A program made the position numbers and the translations under genes. DNA of 64,000 nucleotides. It comes from the human T2T-CHM13v2.0 reference genome, Homo sapiens. Under the pieces are notes generated by a model. It was not told where the DNA came from. It worked only from the letters and a program-made list of their open reading frames with translations, and ran no database searches. This document shows, one piece after another, positions 23,391 through 55,076 of the stretch (positions are counted from its first letter, which is position 1; every line of letters starts with the position of its first letter). The stretch lies in assembly GCF_009914755.1 (NCBI RefSeq), contig NC_060940.1. One strand, 5' to 3'.

Positions 23391-24601
23391 CCACCCCTGC
23401 CCCGCCTGCAAGGCACCTGGGGTTGGGCAGTGCTAAGGATGGGAGCTGGGAGCAGAGCATGGTTTTTCCAGCTGCTGGGCTCCTTCTGCCAGAAAGTGAG
23501 GGAAGAAGAAATGGAGGCGGCGGCGGGAGGGGGAAGGGTGGGAGTGGGGTGGAGTAGGGGAGGTGGCACTGGCTGGCTGTTCTGTGGAAGGATCACTTTT
23601 TCCCTGGAAACATTCCGCGGGCTCCAGCCCTCCACCCCTCTCCTCCAGCTGCCTTTTCCTGCCTTTCCTGGAACAAAGGCTGGGGGTGGGGAGGAGGAGG
23701 CCCCAGGGCCCACCTGGACATGGACACGCAGCGACATCGCCAGCCAGGCTTGGGCTACAGAGCCCCCACCCTGCCCTGTCATTGAACCCAGGCCACTAAC
23801 CACAACTCTGCCTTATGGAGGGAAACTGAGGTGCAGAGCAGAAAACCCACCTTCCCCATGGGATTCCATCAACCCCGAGAAACACCATGCAGCCTGTGCC
23901 CTTTGAGAGGCCATGGTGGCCAGTCCCTTGCCTCGGGTAAGGCCAGGGCTCCTAGGAGGAGGCCCCTTCCCTATGGGACTGTTCTGCTGCTTATTTTATT
24001 TTATTTTTGTAGAGACAGGATCTCATTATGTTGCCCAAGCTGGTCTTAAACTCATGGGCTCAAGCAATCCTCCTGCCTCAACCTCCCAAAGTGCTAGGAT
24101 GAGTGTGAGTACAGGCGTGAGCCACGGCACCCAGCCCATGCTCTGCTGTTTAATCGAGAACTTCCTGCTGTGTCCAACCAGGTCTCCTGGCTGTAGCTCA
24201 TCCCCACTTTTTTTTTTGAGACGGAGTCTCACCCTGTTGCCCAGGCTGGAGTACATTGGCACGATCTCGGCTCACTGCAAGCTCCGCCTCCCAGGTTCAT
24301 GCCATTCTCCTGCCTCAGCTTCCTGAGTAGCTGGGATTACAGGCGCCCACCACCACGCCCAGCTAATTTTTTGTATTTTTAGTAGAGACGAGGTTTCACC
24401 GTGTTACCCAGGATGGTCTCGATCTCCTGACTTCGTGATCCAACCGCCTCAGCCTCCTAAAGTGCTGGGATTACAGGTGTGAGCCACCGTGCCAGCCATT
24501 AATATTTAATATACATTTACATCTTAAAACTTCACCCAGGCTACTCTGGGCACACTGTCCATGGGTTAACCCTGCTCTGCAAGCAGCAGTAAAAACCAAA
24601 A

Positions 24602-26410
24602 CACTGGGCACAGTGCCTCATGCCTGTAATCCTAGCACTTTGGGAGACCGAGGCGGGTGGCTCACCTGAGGTCAGGAGTTCGAGACTAGCCTAGCCAACA
24701 TGGTGAAACCCCGTGTCTACTAAAAATACAAAAATTAGCTGGGCGTGTGCATTGCCAAGACAATCCTAAGCCAAAATACCAAAGCTGGAGGCATCACGCT
24801 ACCTGACTTCAAACTATACTACAAGGCTACAGTAACCAAAACAGCATGGTACTGGTACCAAAACAGAGATACAGACCAATGGAACAGAACAGAGGCCTCA
24901 GAAATAATACCACACATCTACAACCATCTGATCTTTGACAAACCTGACAAAAACAAGCAATGGGGAAAGGATTCCCTATTTAATAAATGGTGCTGGGAAA
25001 ACTGGCAAGCCATAAGTAGAAAGCTGAAACTGGATCCTGTCCTTACACCTTATACAAAAATTAATTCAAGATGGATTAAAGACTTAAATGTTAGACCTAA
25101 AACCATAAAAACCCTAGAAGAAAACCTAGGCAATACCATTCAGGCCATAGGCATGGGCAAGGACTTCAGGACTAAAACACCAAAAGCAATGGCAACAAAA
25201 GCCAAAATTGACAGATGGGATCTAATGAAACTAAAGAGCTTCTGCACAGCAAAAGAAACTACCATCAGAGTGAACAGGCAACCTACAGAATGGGAGAAAA
25301 TTTTTGCAATCTACCCATCTGACAAAGGGCAAACATCCAGAATCTACAAATAACTTAAACAAATTTACAATAAAAAAGTCAAACAACCCCATCAAAAACT
25401 GGGCAAAGTATATGAGCAGACACTTCTCAAAAGAAGACATTTATGCAGCCAATAGACACATGAAAAAATGCTCATCATCACTGGCCATCAGAGAAATGCA
25501 AATCAAAACCACAATGAGATACCATCTCACACCAGTTAGAATGACGATCACTAAAAACTCAGGAAACGACAACTGCTGGAGAGGATGTGGAGAAATAGGA
25601 ACACTTTTACACTGTTGGTGGGACTGTAAACTAGTTCAACCATTGTGGAAGACAGTGTGGCGATTCCCCAAGGATCTAGAACCAAAAATACCATTTGACC
25701 CAGCCATCCCATTACTGGGTATATACCCAAAGGATTATAAATCATGCTGCTATAAAGACACATGCACATGTATGTTTAATGCAGCACTATTCACAATAGC
25801 AAAGACTTGGAACCAACCCAAATGTCCATCAATGGTAGACTGGATTAAGAAAATGTGGCGCATATACACCATGGAATACTATGCAGCTATAAAAAAGATG
25901 AGTTCATGTCCTTTGTAGGGACAGGGATGAACCTGGAAACCATCATTCTGAGCAAACTATCACAAGGACAGAAAACCAAACACCGCATGTTCTCACTCAT
26001 AGGTGGGAATTGAACAATGAGAACACTTGGACACAAGATGGGGAACATCACACACCAGGGCCTGTTGTGGGGTTGGGTAGCGGGGAGGGATAGCATTAGG
26101 AGATATACCTAATGTAAATGACGAGTTAATGGGTGCAGCACACCAACATGGCACACGTATACATATGTAACAAATCTGCACGTTGTGCACATGTACCCTA
26201 GAACTTAAAGTATAATAATAAAAAAAATACAAAAAAAAAAAGTAGCTGGGCGTGGTGGCTCGTGCCTATAATCCCAGCTACTTGAGAGGCTGAGGCAGGA
26301 GAATCGCTTCAACCCGGAGGCAGAGGTTGCAGTGAGCCGAGATTTCACCACTGCACTCCAGCCTGGGCAACAGAGTGAGACTCCATCTAAACAAACAAAC
26401 AAACAAACAA
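24602..26410 (+). mobile_element. AluS element split by the L1 (left part 24602-24747, right part ~26228-26410)
   Basis: The Alu left arm ends ...AAAATTAGCTGGGCGTG, and the right arm resumes with the duplicated ...TAGCTGGGCGTG. Confidence 0.9.
24748..26227 (+). mobile_element. 5'-truncated LINE-1 (L1PA4/5-like): ORF2 C-terminus + 3' UTR + poly(A), inserted inside an Alu
   Basis: ORFs 24745..25353 and 25304..25918 are L1 ORF2 ([15 protein letters not shown]..., [18 protein letters not shown]). There is a nonsense codon at 25351 and two frameshifts. The ORF2 stop equivalent is at 26011-26013, and the 3' UTR ends CCTAGAACTTAAAGTATAATAA. Confidence 0.96.
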
Positions 26411-26483
26411 AACCTCCAACTTAGTGAAAACAAGGCATTCAATGATAGATCATCAGCAGAAACTGCTTATTACCTACTAATCA

Positions 26484-29000
<2,517 letters not shown>

Positions 29001-29808
29001 CCTCTCCTTTTCTTTCTTGCTCTCTTCTCTCTCTCTCTCTCCTTTCCTCCAACTCCCCTTACTTTTCCTCCTCCTTTCCTCCCACCCTCATCCCGTTCTC
29101 TCCCCAGGCTCTCCAGCACTCGTAGCCTTATACCCATCCTGCGGGCATCTCCCCAAGTTGTTCCACCAGCTCCTCAGACTACCCCCCACCCACCCTGCTC
29201 CTCCCCAATTGCTCCCAGCCCCATTGGTGTCTCCTCCAGCCCCCTCCATTGCTCAAGTCAGAACCCAGGGTTCATCCTGAGCTGGTCAGTTGACTCAACC
29301 CTTGGACCCATTACTGGCCAGGCTCATCCACCTCCTCATCTTCCCCAGGTCCCCGCTGGCTGCTTTCTTCCTGCCCCTGCTCCTGGCTCCCATCTTCCCC
29401 AAAAATCACCTCCTAAGGGCCGACATGGGACCTTGGGTTAGGGCTTGGTGCTTTCTGGATAAAGCCCCTGCTCTGGAGCAAGACCTGTTGGCCCCTCCCC
29501 ACCCAGCCAAGCATCCTCATCACTCCTGCATGTCTGTGGTAGGGCCTGGCCTCCCCAGGGCCTCTGCACATGCTGCCTGCTCTGCCTGGGAAGCCCTCTC
29601 CCTCCTCTCACCCCTGTCATAGGCACACACTCTGTCCCAGGCAACTCGGCGGACCATGAGCTTCCCCTCTCAATAGCCACTGGGTTGTCCCTCTGTGCTC
29701 CCCGTTTCCTGCCTGCTTCCCTCCAAGGGCAGGTCCCTGTCCAGCATAGAATGTCACACTGCAGTGTGAGGGACTTGGCCCAGGTTAGAAGTAAGAAATC
29801 CAAGTAAA

Positions 29809-41050
<11,242 letters not shown>

Positions 41051-41612
41051 ATTGCCAGCAGCCTGGCCCCTCCTCTGTCTGCAGGGGGATTTGCATGGCC
41101 CGTGTACTCCTTGTTACAGTTTTACAGACAAGGCAGGAAAGATTGTGTCACTGAATGCCATGAAGCCTCAGGAAGCTCCACCTCCTCCACATCCTTATTT
41201 GAGGTTGCTGGGATTTCCTGGGGTGGTGGTGGCCTTGGGGTGGAGTTAGGAAAGGGGCTTTGGGTTCAGAGCATCTCCCTCCTGCCCCTCTGCCAGCACA
41301 CTGACCAAAGTGATCACAGCCTTCTGGGAATGAACCTCTGCTCCCCTATCATTAGTACAGGGATCTCAGCAATACCTTTCCATTAGTGAAATGAGTCAAA
41401 TTCAAAATAAATGACTGGCTAGAAATGTTATATAGGTACCTCTGTCGCCATTAAAATGGGGCATAAGAATTGGGTGAGCCCAGGCTTGTAAAAGCTTTGG
41501 GACATCTTAGTGCAGAACTCCTGCAGGACTCACCCCCCACTCCCACCCACCCACACACTTAAGAAGGAATTCCTGCCTGGTACTGCTCTCTCATCCCATC
41601 CTGCTGTCCATG

Positions 41613-42595
<983 letters not shown>

Positions 42596-43756
42596 TCATA
42601 CATCCTAAAACATGCACTTCCACCGAGCTTTAGGTGTAGGTGGCATGAACCTATTTTGCATGCTCACTAATAATTTTTTTTCTCCTTCCTTAAGGGCTGA
42701 GATTTGCTTTCATTGTAGCACACTACCAGCAGTCAGGTGGAGGGAATGAGAACTACAGCTCTCCCTGCCTTTTACTGCTGGGGGCTTAGGTCAGTTTCTA
42801 ATACCAAGAAAAGAGGTCTCAGGCTTGTAAAGAGGCTTTAGGTTCAAGTAAACATGAGGACAGTCTTGGAGGATGGGAAGGAGCTTTGGAGAGTGACTTG
42901 GAACCCAAAGGCTAGTGTATTTATGGCCCGATTTTACTGTATTTATTGATTTTACTGTATTCCCTCCAAAATACCAGGATTTACAATTTAAGACTTTATG
43001 GAAACAGGGGCTGGGGGATACCCAAGTGATGAGAGAACCCATGGAGGCTTATATTGATATTTATTGCTGTCATTCAATAGAAGAGTAGAGGAGCTTGGTG
43101 ACCTTTTATACCCCTTTAACAAGGGGTTCTGTTCAATCCCTTTCCATATCCACCCCTGGCACACTGTTTTGCTTTGCTTCGCTTCAGACACCATGGATAC
43201 CAAGAGGCATGATTTTTCCAAGGCTCATGCTCTATCCAGATGTTCAATGTCTTGTGGATTTGCAATTTGGAGTGCCTCTATCACAGCCCAGAGGCACTCG
43301 TGATTTGCATTACAGGACCTCACACTTTCAGGTTATGGAAAATGTATGGAGATGTCAATGACATATTAGAATTCTGTATAAAAGGAGGAACTTAAGGGTT
43401 CTTTTGTTTGTTTGTTTTTGGTAGGAGGAGGTTGCAATCTGCAGATGTGCCTGGGTGGTGGGTGGGGGCGGGGAGGGCGGTGTTTTACGTTTCTTTTCTC
43501 TCCCAGCAGTGTCTGACCTCTCTACGCTCAGATGTATCATATCCACTCACTCAAATGTGGAGCCACTCTCAGATGACAGAATCACCAAAAAACACCAGGA
43601 GAAGGTATTAAGATGCAGATTTCTGGGTTGGCTTTAGACAGAGAGAGAGAATAAAAATGTTATCTCTTGGGGTGGGGACAATTGTCATTTTAATAAGCTG
43701 GGTCCCAGAAATATGCATTTTAAATAGGCCAGGGCCAAGGACTCTGAATTTGCTGG

Positions 43757-48157
<4,401 letters not shown>

Positions 48158-48336
48158 TCAGCGGGAACTCAAATAGAGAAATGGTGATCTGCTCCAATGC
48201 TTTAGGTGCAATTTAGACTATGTCATTCTGTCTTAAGCTCAACCTAGGACCCAACCCCTAGCAAGATGATTCCACTGGTCACATACTATTTTTTTTTTCC
48301 CATTTAGTCTTCAAAGTTGTTCTGAACCAGTTTATA

Positions 48337-48775
48337 CAGTTGACCCTTGAACAACTCAGAGGTTAGAGGCACCGACCCCCTTATGCAAAAATCTATGTAT
48401 AACTTTTGACTCTCCCAAAGCTTAACTACTATAGCCTTCTGTTGACTAGAACCCTTACTGATAATATAAACAGCCATTCAACACATATTTTGTATGAATT
48501 ACATACTGTATTTTGTATTCTCACAATAGGGTAGGCTACAGAAAACGTTATTAAGAAAATCATAAAGAAGAGAAAATATATTTACTATTCATTAAGTGGA
48601 TCATCATAAAGGTCTTCATCATTGTTGTCTTCACATTGATGAGGAGGGGAAGAGGAGGAGGTGGAGGGAGAGGAGGAGGGACTGGTTTGTTGTCTCAGGG
48701 GTGGCAGAGGTGGAAGAAAATCCTCATATAAATGGACCCGCACAGTTCAAACCTGTGTTGTTCAAGGGTCAGCTG
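48337..48775 (-). mobile_element. Tigger2a-like non-autonomous DNA transposon
   Basis: Terminal inverted repeats CAGTTGACCCTTGAACAAC / GTTGTTCAAGGGTCAGCTG, with TA on the left flank. Confidence 0.85.
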
Positions 48776-48920
48776 CATAATATGTCTTGTTCTTTAGATA
48801 CTTAATACAAGACATTTCACAGCATGAAATGTATAAGATGTTCAATGGAAATAGTTCTCTTTTCATATCACAAAGGAAACAAACATCACCATGAAAAAAG
48901 ACAAACTAGGAACAAATTTA

Positions 48921-49349
48921 CAAACCAGGAATATATCACTTTATTCATTTCCAGATTATGAGTATGACACAGCATATACATATATTTAGATAATATATAA
49001 AACATAGAATAAACCGCAGGAAGAAATATTGGTCTGGAATTCCTTATGGGCCATCTTTAATTCTGTAAGTTCATGGTAAAGGTATCTCCCCCCACACTGG
49101 GGCAGGCGGCGGAATAAGCTCCAGCGTTCATGCGCCACTCACAGGACTGCTTACCCCCACTGCACTTACAATGCAGTCACAGAGTTACGGCATGTTCACC
49201 GGTGTCCATGACAAGCAACACCAAGTATAAATAACAGAACTACAGCAGAGCAAACTAAGATAAATATGTTTTTGCATCGTCCTCCACATAGTTTCCTTTT
49301 AAAAAGAAGAGTCACATCCAGGGGTCTATCCCTCGAGTCACAATTCCAG
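48921..49349 (-). other. CFAP20: CFAP20 3' UTR (end approximate)
   Basis: Repeat-free sequence between the stop codon and the AATAAA signal. Confidence 0.8.
48940..48945 (-). terminator. Polyadenylation signal AATAAA of CFAP20
   Basis: tttatt on the + strand. On the minus strand it is followed by a GU/U-rich downstream element (ggtttgtaaatttgttcctagtttgt). Confidence 0.8.
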
Positions 49350-49355
49350 TTATTG
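49350..49355 (-). CDS. CFAP20: CFAP20 exon 6 coding part (CAA TAA = final Gln + stop)
   Basis: Acceptor gtttttcccttcag|CAATAA completes the C-terminus ...NKAKQ*. Confidence 0.9.
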   Translation of the reverse strand, partial: Q

Positions 49356-49570
49356 CTGAAGGGAAAAAACAGAGAAGTGGCATCAGTTTAAGTTACTAGA
49401 AAATAGATGGTCAGTGTCACAGGCCCCCTGCCTCTGGTGACACTTGAGTGGACAGTGACTGTGGAGAATGGACACACATCTGCAGCACACAGGCAGGGAA
49501 GCACCCACCCTTGTGTTAGCAGGGACCTATCAGCTGATAATACTTTTGGGCTGATTAAGAGTTAAGATGG

Positions 49571-49865
<295 letters not shown>

Positions 49866-50134
49866 TTAAGATATTTTCTGAAGTTCTGTGAGCCAGTAGT
49901 AGGAAGTGCCTCATCCCCTCTCACCGTGGAGAGGGGAAACAGCAGTAACAGAGTATTTCACAGGAGCATTCCTGATTCAGTGCTGGAAGGAGACCTAAGA
50001 TCTTGCGATATAAAGGCACCCCAAAGTGTCAACACAGAGAGGCTCTGCAGCTGAATTCTTAGACCAGAGCACCTTCCAGGAACACAGCTCCCCCCACTCA
50101 CTGGTGGACCTTCCTCTGGGGAAGACTGGCTTAC

Positions 50135-50245
50135 CTTTGCCTTGTTCTGAACTGGGAGATACAGTTTGAACTCTGCCGGCAGCTCATCTTCTGAGTAGAG
50201 TCTGTCTGAGAAGTAAACCCGTCGGATGCGACAATTTGCATGGAT
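50135..50245 (-). CDS. CFAP20: CFAP20 exon 5 (111 nt; [37 protein letters not shown])
   Basis: Acceptor ttgacag|ATC, donor AAG|gtaagc. Translated by hand; it is not in the ORF track. Confidence 0.95.
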
Positions 50246-50593
50246 CTGTCAAGGCAATGCTTCTTTTGAGAGGCGAAATGTGACTGTTCTCCCCCTTTTC
50301 CTGAATCTTCTAGAGGCCCTCTTCCAGGACTGGAAACGCGTCATCTCCGGCATCTCCTTGGCTTGTCTTAGGGATGGATTCTGGCAAGAGGGAGGTCTTA
50401 CTTGCTGTATTCACCTCTATACCTGACCCGACTTCTGAATATTTCCTGGACCTTTGTGAGGCCAAAGCTCCCTGGACAGTGTGGCAACTGAAGCCAGAAA
50501 CCCACACTGTTCTGCTATGTGGGCCACAAGCCAATATTAGACGCAGTGTGCCCTATCCCCAACCCAGGGCTCTATCTGGGAAAGGAGCAGTAC

Positions 50594-50782
50594 CTGCACT
50601 CTGAGGGTCTCGATGTAATTGGTGCCGTATGCTCGCCGTGTGAAGTCTAGCAAGTTGAACTGAATCTGGTTCCAGCCGTCATCCAGCCGCATGGGCATGG
50701 TGCAGATGAAGGGTTTGACCCGGGTGGTGCTCTGGTAGTTACTTGCCCGAAAGCGACGACGCACATTCTTGTCATCTAGTAC
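50594..50782 (-). CDS. CFAP20: CFAP20 exon 4 (189 nt; [17 protein letters not shown]...YIETLRVQ)
   Basis: Acceptor tttcacag|GTA, donor CAG|gtactg. Overlaps ORF 50537..50935. Confidence 0.96.
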
Positions 50783-50970
50783 CTGTGAAATACAGAGAAG
50801 AAGCATCACACTAGCTCTGTCTTGGAAGAAGCACACAACCTTGTCCAGACAAGGACCTGAATTCCCACAGCTTGCTTTCCCAAGGCTGAGACTTAGAGGA
50901 AAATAAACAGACCAGACACAGGTCATACACTGCATGCAGATGGCCCGGAAGTAGCAAGTTTATCTTGTTT

Positions 50971-50984
50971 GTTGCCAAGACAAC
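50971..50984. promoter_or_regulatory. Candidate RFX X-box (GTTGCCAAGACAAC) in CFAP20 intron 3
   Basis: X-box-like 14-mer overlapping TGTTTGT (FOX-like), about 20 bp from the ETS core CCGGAAGT. Confidence 0.35.
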
Positions 50985-51365
50985 ACCAGCTGCTTATGAC
51001 ATATAACACAGTCAGCAGGCTCTCAGACCATAGAGTATATAAATGTTCTTCCTTTTGAAAAATCAGAAATACTAAAACAGAACAGCCACCCACTATTAAA
51101 TAATCACTCCCCAAATGGATACCACGCTAACTCTGACACTTTGAAATTACTAGGTTTTCTAGGTGCTGTTTCTTTAAAAACCTGATTAAATTTTATTACT
51201 AATATCAAATTTACATAACAAGGACTGCACTGGGCTTATACTAGAAGCAGAAAAGAATACATGCAAAAGGATAAAGATACTTTGTAGGGTCACTTTTTCC
51301 CATCAGTTCAAAGGCTATCACTTTGGTATAGCCAAGAGTGGACACATTCATGTACACATACTTAC

Positions 51366-51477
51366 CTGCACTTCGAAGGTAAAATACTTCTTCAGGTTTT
51401 TGATAATCATGACAAGGAAAGGAAGTTTAATTCCCAGCGTCTTCTTGGGGTCTGCAGGGCATGTGATATATGTGGTG
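51366..51477 (-). CDS. CFAP20: CFAP20 exon 3 (112 nt; [38 protein letters not shown])
   Basis: Acceptor ctctctctacag|C, donor CAG|gtaagt. Overlaps ORF 51348..51602. Confidence 0.96.
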
Positions 51478-51889
51478 CTGTAGAGAGAGGAAATACTAAT
51501 AAACACACTCCTGGACTCTCTTCCTTTGTGGTATGCACAACAATAACACACGGTCCAAGAGGATACACTGGAAAGCAGATCTAAAAGATTCAGACACGCC
51601 ACCCAGTGAATCCCTCAGCCCTAAGTCAGCGGCTGCTTTAACAAACGCTGGACCCAGAAACAAAAGCTTAACACAGGACTAGACAGCAGCAATAAAATAT
51701 CTGAAAAACAAAGCCAGACAGTGGATCTTAGAAGCTCCTCCAGTGAGAGAAGACCTCAATTCTGGTCCAGGGGAGCCATCGAATGACAGAAAACCAAAAC
51801 TGAGACCTCTATGGCACTGAAAACCACACTGTCCACCCACTGGATGAGCTGTACAACACTGCCCACTCCCCACCCCAACACACACTTTG

Positions 51890-52155
51890 GTTAATAATAT
51901 AGCTAATACTGACATCGTGCTTACTATGTGCTAAGCAAGGCTTTACGTGTTTTATATATATTCATTTATTTACTCCTCGCAATAACCCTATAAGGAAAAT
52001 GTACTATTATTCTGCCCATTGTACAGATGAGTATGCTAAGGTCTGGGGGATTCAGTAACTTGCCCATGGTAAGCTCTAAGTGGCAGAGATAGACTCACAT
52101 CCGGCACTCTGACTCCGCAGTCTGTGCTATTAACCTCTATGACGTACTGCCTCCC
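51890..52155 (-). mobile_element. MIR fragment in CFAP20 intron 2
   Basis: GTGCTTACTATGTGCTAAGC...TATTATTCTGCCCATTGTACAGATGAG...GTAACTTGCCCATGGT core. Confidence 0.7.
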
Positions 52156-52196
52156 TAGTATATGATGTCTCTGGGAGAACAGAGGTGGCAACCTAC

Positions 52197-52276
52197 CTTA
52201 CATTTGTCCCTTCAATCTCTAGCACCAGGGACTGGATGTCATTATCAGTGATTCTTTTGATGTGGCCATTCCGTAC
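52197..52276 (-). CDS. CFAP20: CFAP20 exon 2 (80 nt; [27 protein letters not shown])
   Basis: Acceptor tttctttcttgtag|GTACGG, donor GTAAG|gtaggt. Phase 0 to phase 2. The translation matches CFAP20. Confidence 0.95.
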
Positions 52277-52739
52277 CTACAAGAAAGAAAATTCGATTAG
52301 TACTGAAATATCTGACAAGGCTGAATAGGACTATTTAAAGAAAACCACGGTAGCCCAAGAGGCGTACAAAGAAATTTGTGACACAGCACACTGAAGCTTA
52401 TATGTAAGTAAGCCAAGCTATTACCTCTAGACAGGGTCACACCAACCACCAAGGGAATCCCAGGTAACTTGGCAATCCCTAAATCTGGGGAAACTTCTCC
52501 CCAAATACATCAACTCAATTTAGATTCAGCTAATATCTACTGAATGCCTACTATGCACCAGGAATATCACACACATCCCCTTCTCACTTAAGCCTCACAC
52601 AATAAAAACAACAAGGCAGGTGATACTGTTTTCATTTTACAAATGTGGACATTGGCACCCCGGAACTGCAAATGCCAAACCCTAAGTAGGAGACTAAGGA
52701 TTCAGCAGCCTTTCCACTGCCTCATACTGCCTCGTAGAT

Positions 52740-53057
<318 letters not shown>

Positions 53058-53458
53058 TGCCTTGTATATTTCTTTGGCCAGAAAAGCCAAAGAAAAGCTG
53101 AGTGTTACTGAGGAGGGCAGCAACAAAAAGTGAAAGCATTCCTCCCCTGGAGTTATCCTGCTTCATGCTTCCCTATCTGCTTTTGCCTAATTTTCTACTT
53201 TTTAAAGCAGGAATTCAATTCCCATCTGTGCCACACACAGATGCCTTCTTTAGCATTTTCAGCCCACACTGACCTCTCTTTTCTCTGATTTGTTTTTCTG
53301 GCTCATGTTGTCTAGACGACATAATTTAGCACCTCATCCTACATTGTTTTGTATTGTTTGCTGCATATGTAGGAGGTAGATGATGGGGAGGAATCAATAT
53401 TCAATACAGATTCCTCCTCTCAAAATATTTAGGAAAGAACAATTATCTTCAAGCATTA

Positions 53459-54172
<714 letters not shown>

Positions 54173-55076
54173 AAGGCTGGACTATTAGGGCTGAATGGAA
54201 TAACATATGAAAAAGATCAACTAGGTTTAGAACAGGAGACATCAGAAAGACAAACATACGGTCTTTCTTTGTGGAAAGGGCTGTGTTAGGCTGCCATAAT
54301 CAATGACTCAATCACACTGACTAAAGCTCCTCTTGTTCACTCATCAGCCTGCTGATTACGATTTGGCTATTAGACTTGCATATGGGGATAAATCAGTGTT
54401 GGGTCTGGTAGTTTTATTTTTCAACATAAATTATTAATAATATGTTTCTGTTTTTAGACATTAGTCTCTGTGAGCTCTGTCACTGTGAGTCTGATCCACT
54501 CATGGTCTGCCTGGTGTTCTAAAGGTGACATCTGATGTCACTGCCCACCTTTTCCACAACTGCAACCAAGTCTTGTCTCCTTAAAAAAGAATAAGCTCAA
54601 GCAAGAGCCAAGACCAGTTATGAAGCATCATTTCTATCTTCGACAATGCTTAGCACAGTGCTAGCCATAAACTAAGCGTTCAAATATTTGCTGACTTCTG
54701 GAATCTGTCACCCTAAGAGCTGGCACATATGAATAGGTTCAAGGAGGGTTTTAAAAATTCCTGGATAACACATCCCCCGTGGACTATTATAGGAAGCCAG
54801 AGATCTGGGGCATATCACAAAGCCCACAGGGCCGCCAGCATGAAGAATGCTTCCACAAATGGGTGCCCATTGTCAGAGACAGAATACTGGGCTAGACGGG
54901 ACCCCAATCCCTGCCAATGGAGCATTTCTTAGGCTCTCAAGACACAAAACGTCACATTGAAACGATTCTCAAACAAAGCTGGCAATGTTCAATGCCCTCC
55001 TGCTTTGAATTCTGGGCCCCTTTCCAAGGAGATTAAGAGCACAAAGGCCTGGGTCTGTGCAGAATACGCCACTACT

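Noticed and set aside
22265-23906. His/Thr-rich ORFs up to 284 aa
   Set aside because: They arise from the stop-poor CA-rich low-complexity tract and are open in several frames at once.
24745-25918. Two ~200 aa ORFs as a functional gene
   Set aside because: They are fragments of a 5'-truncated L1 ORF2 with a nonsense codon and frameshifts.
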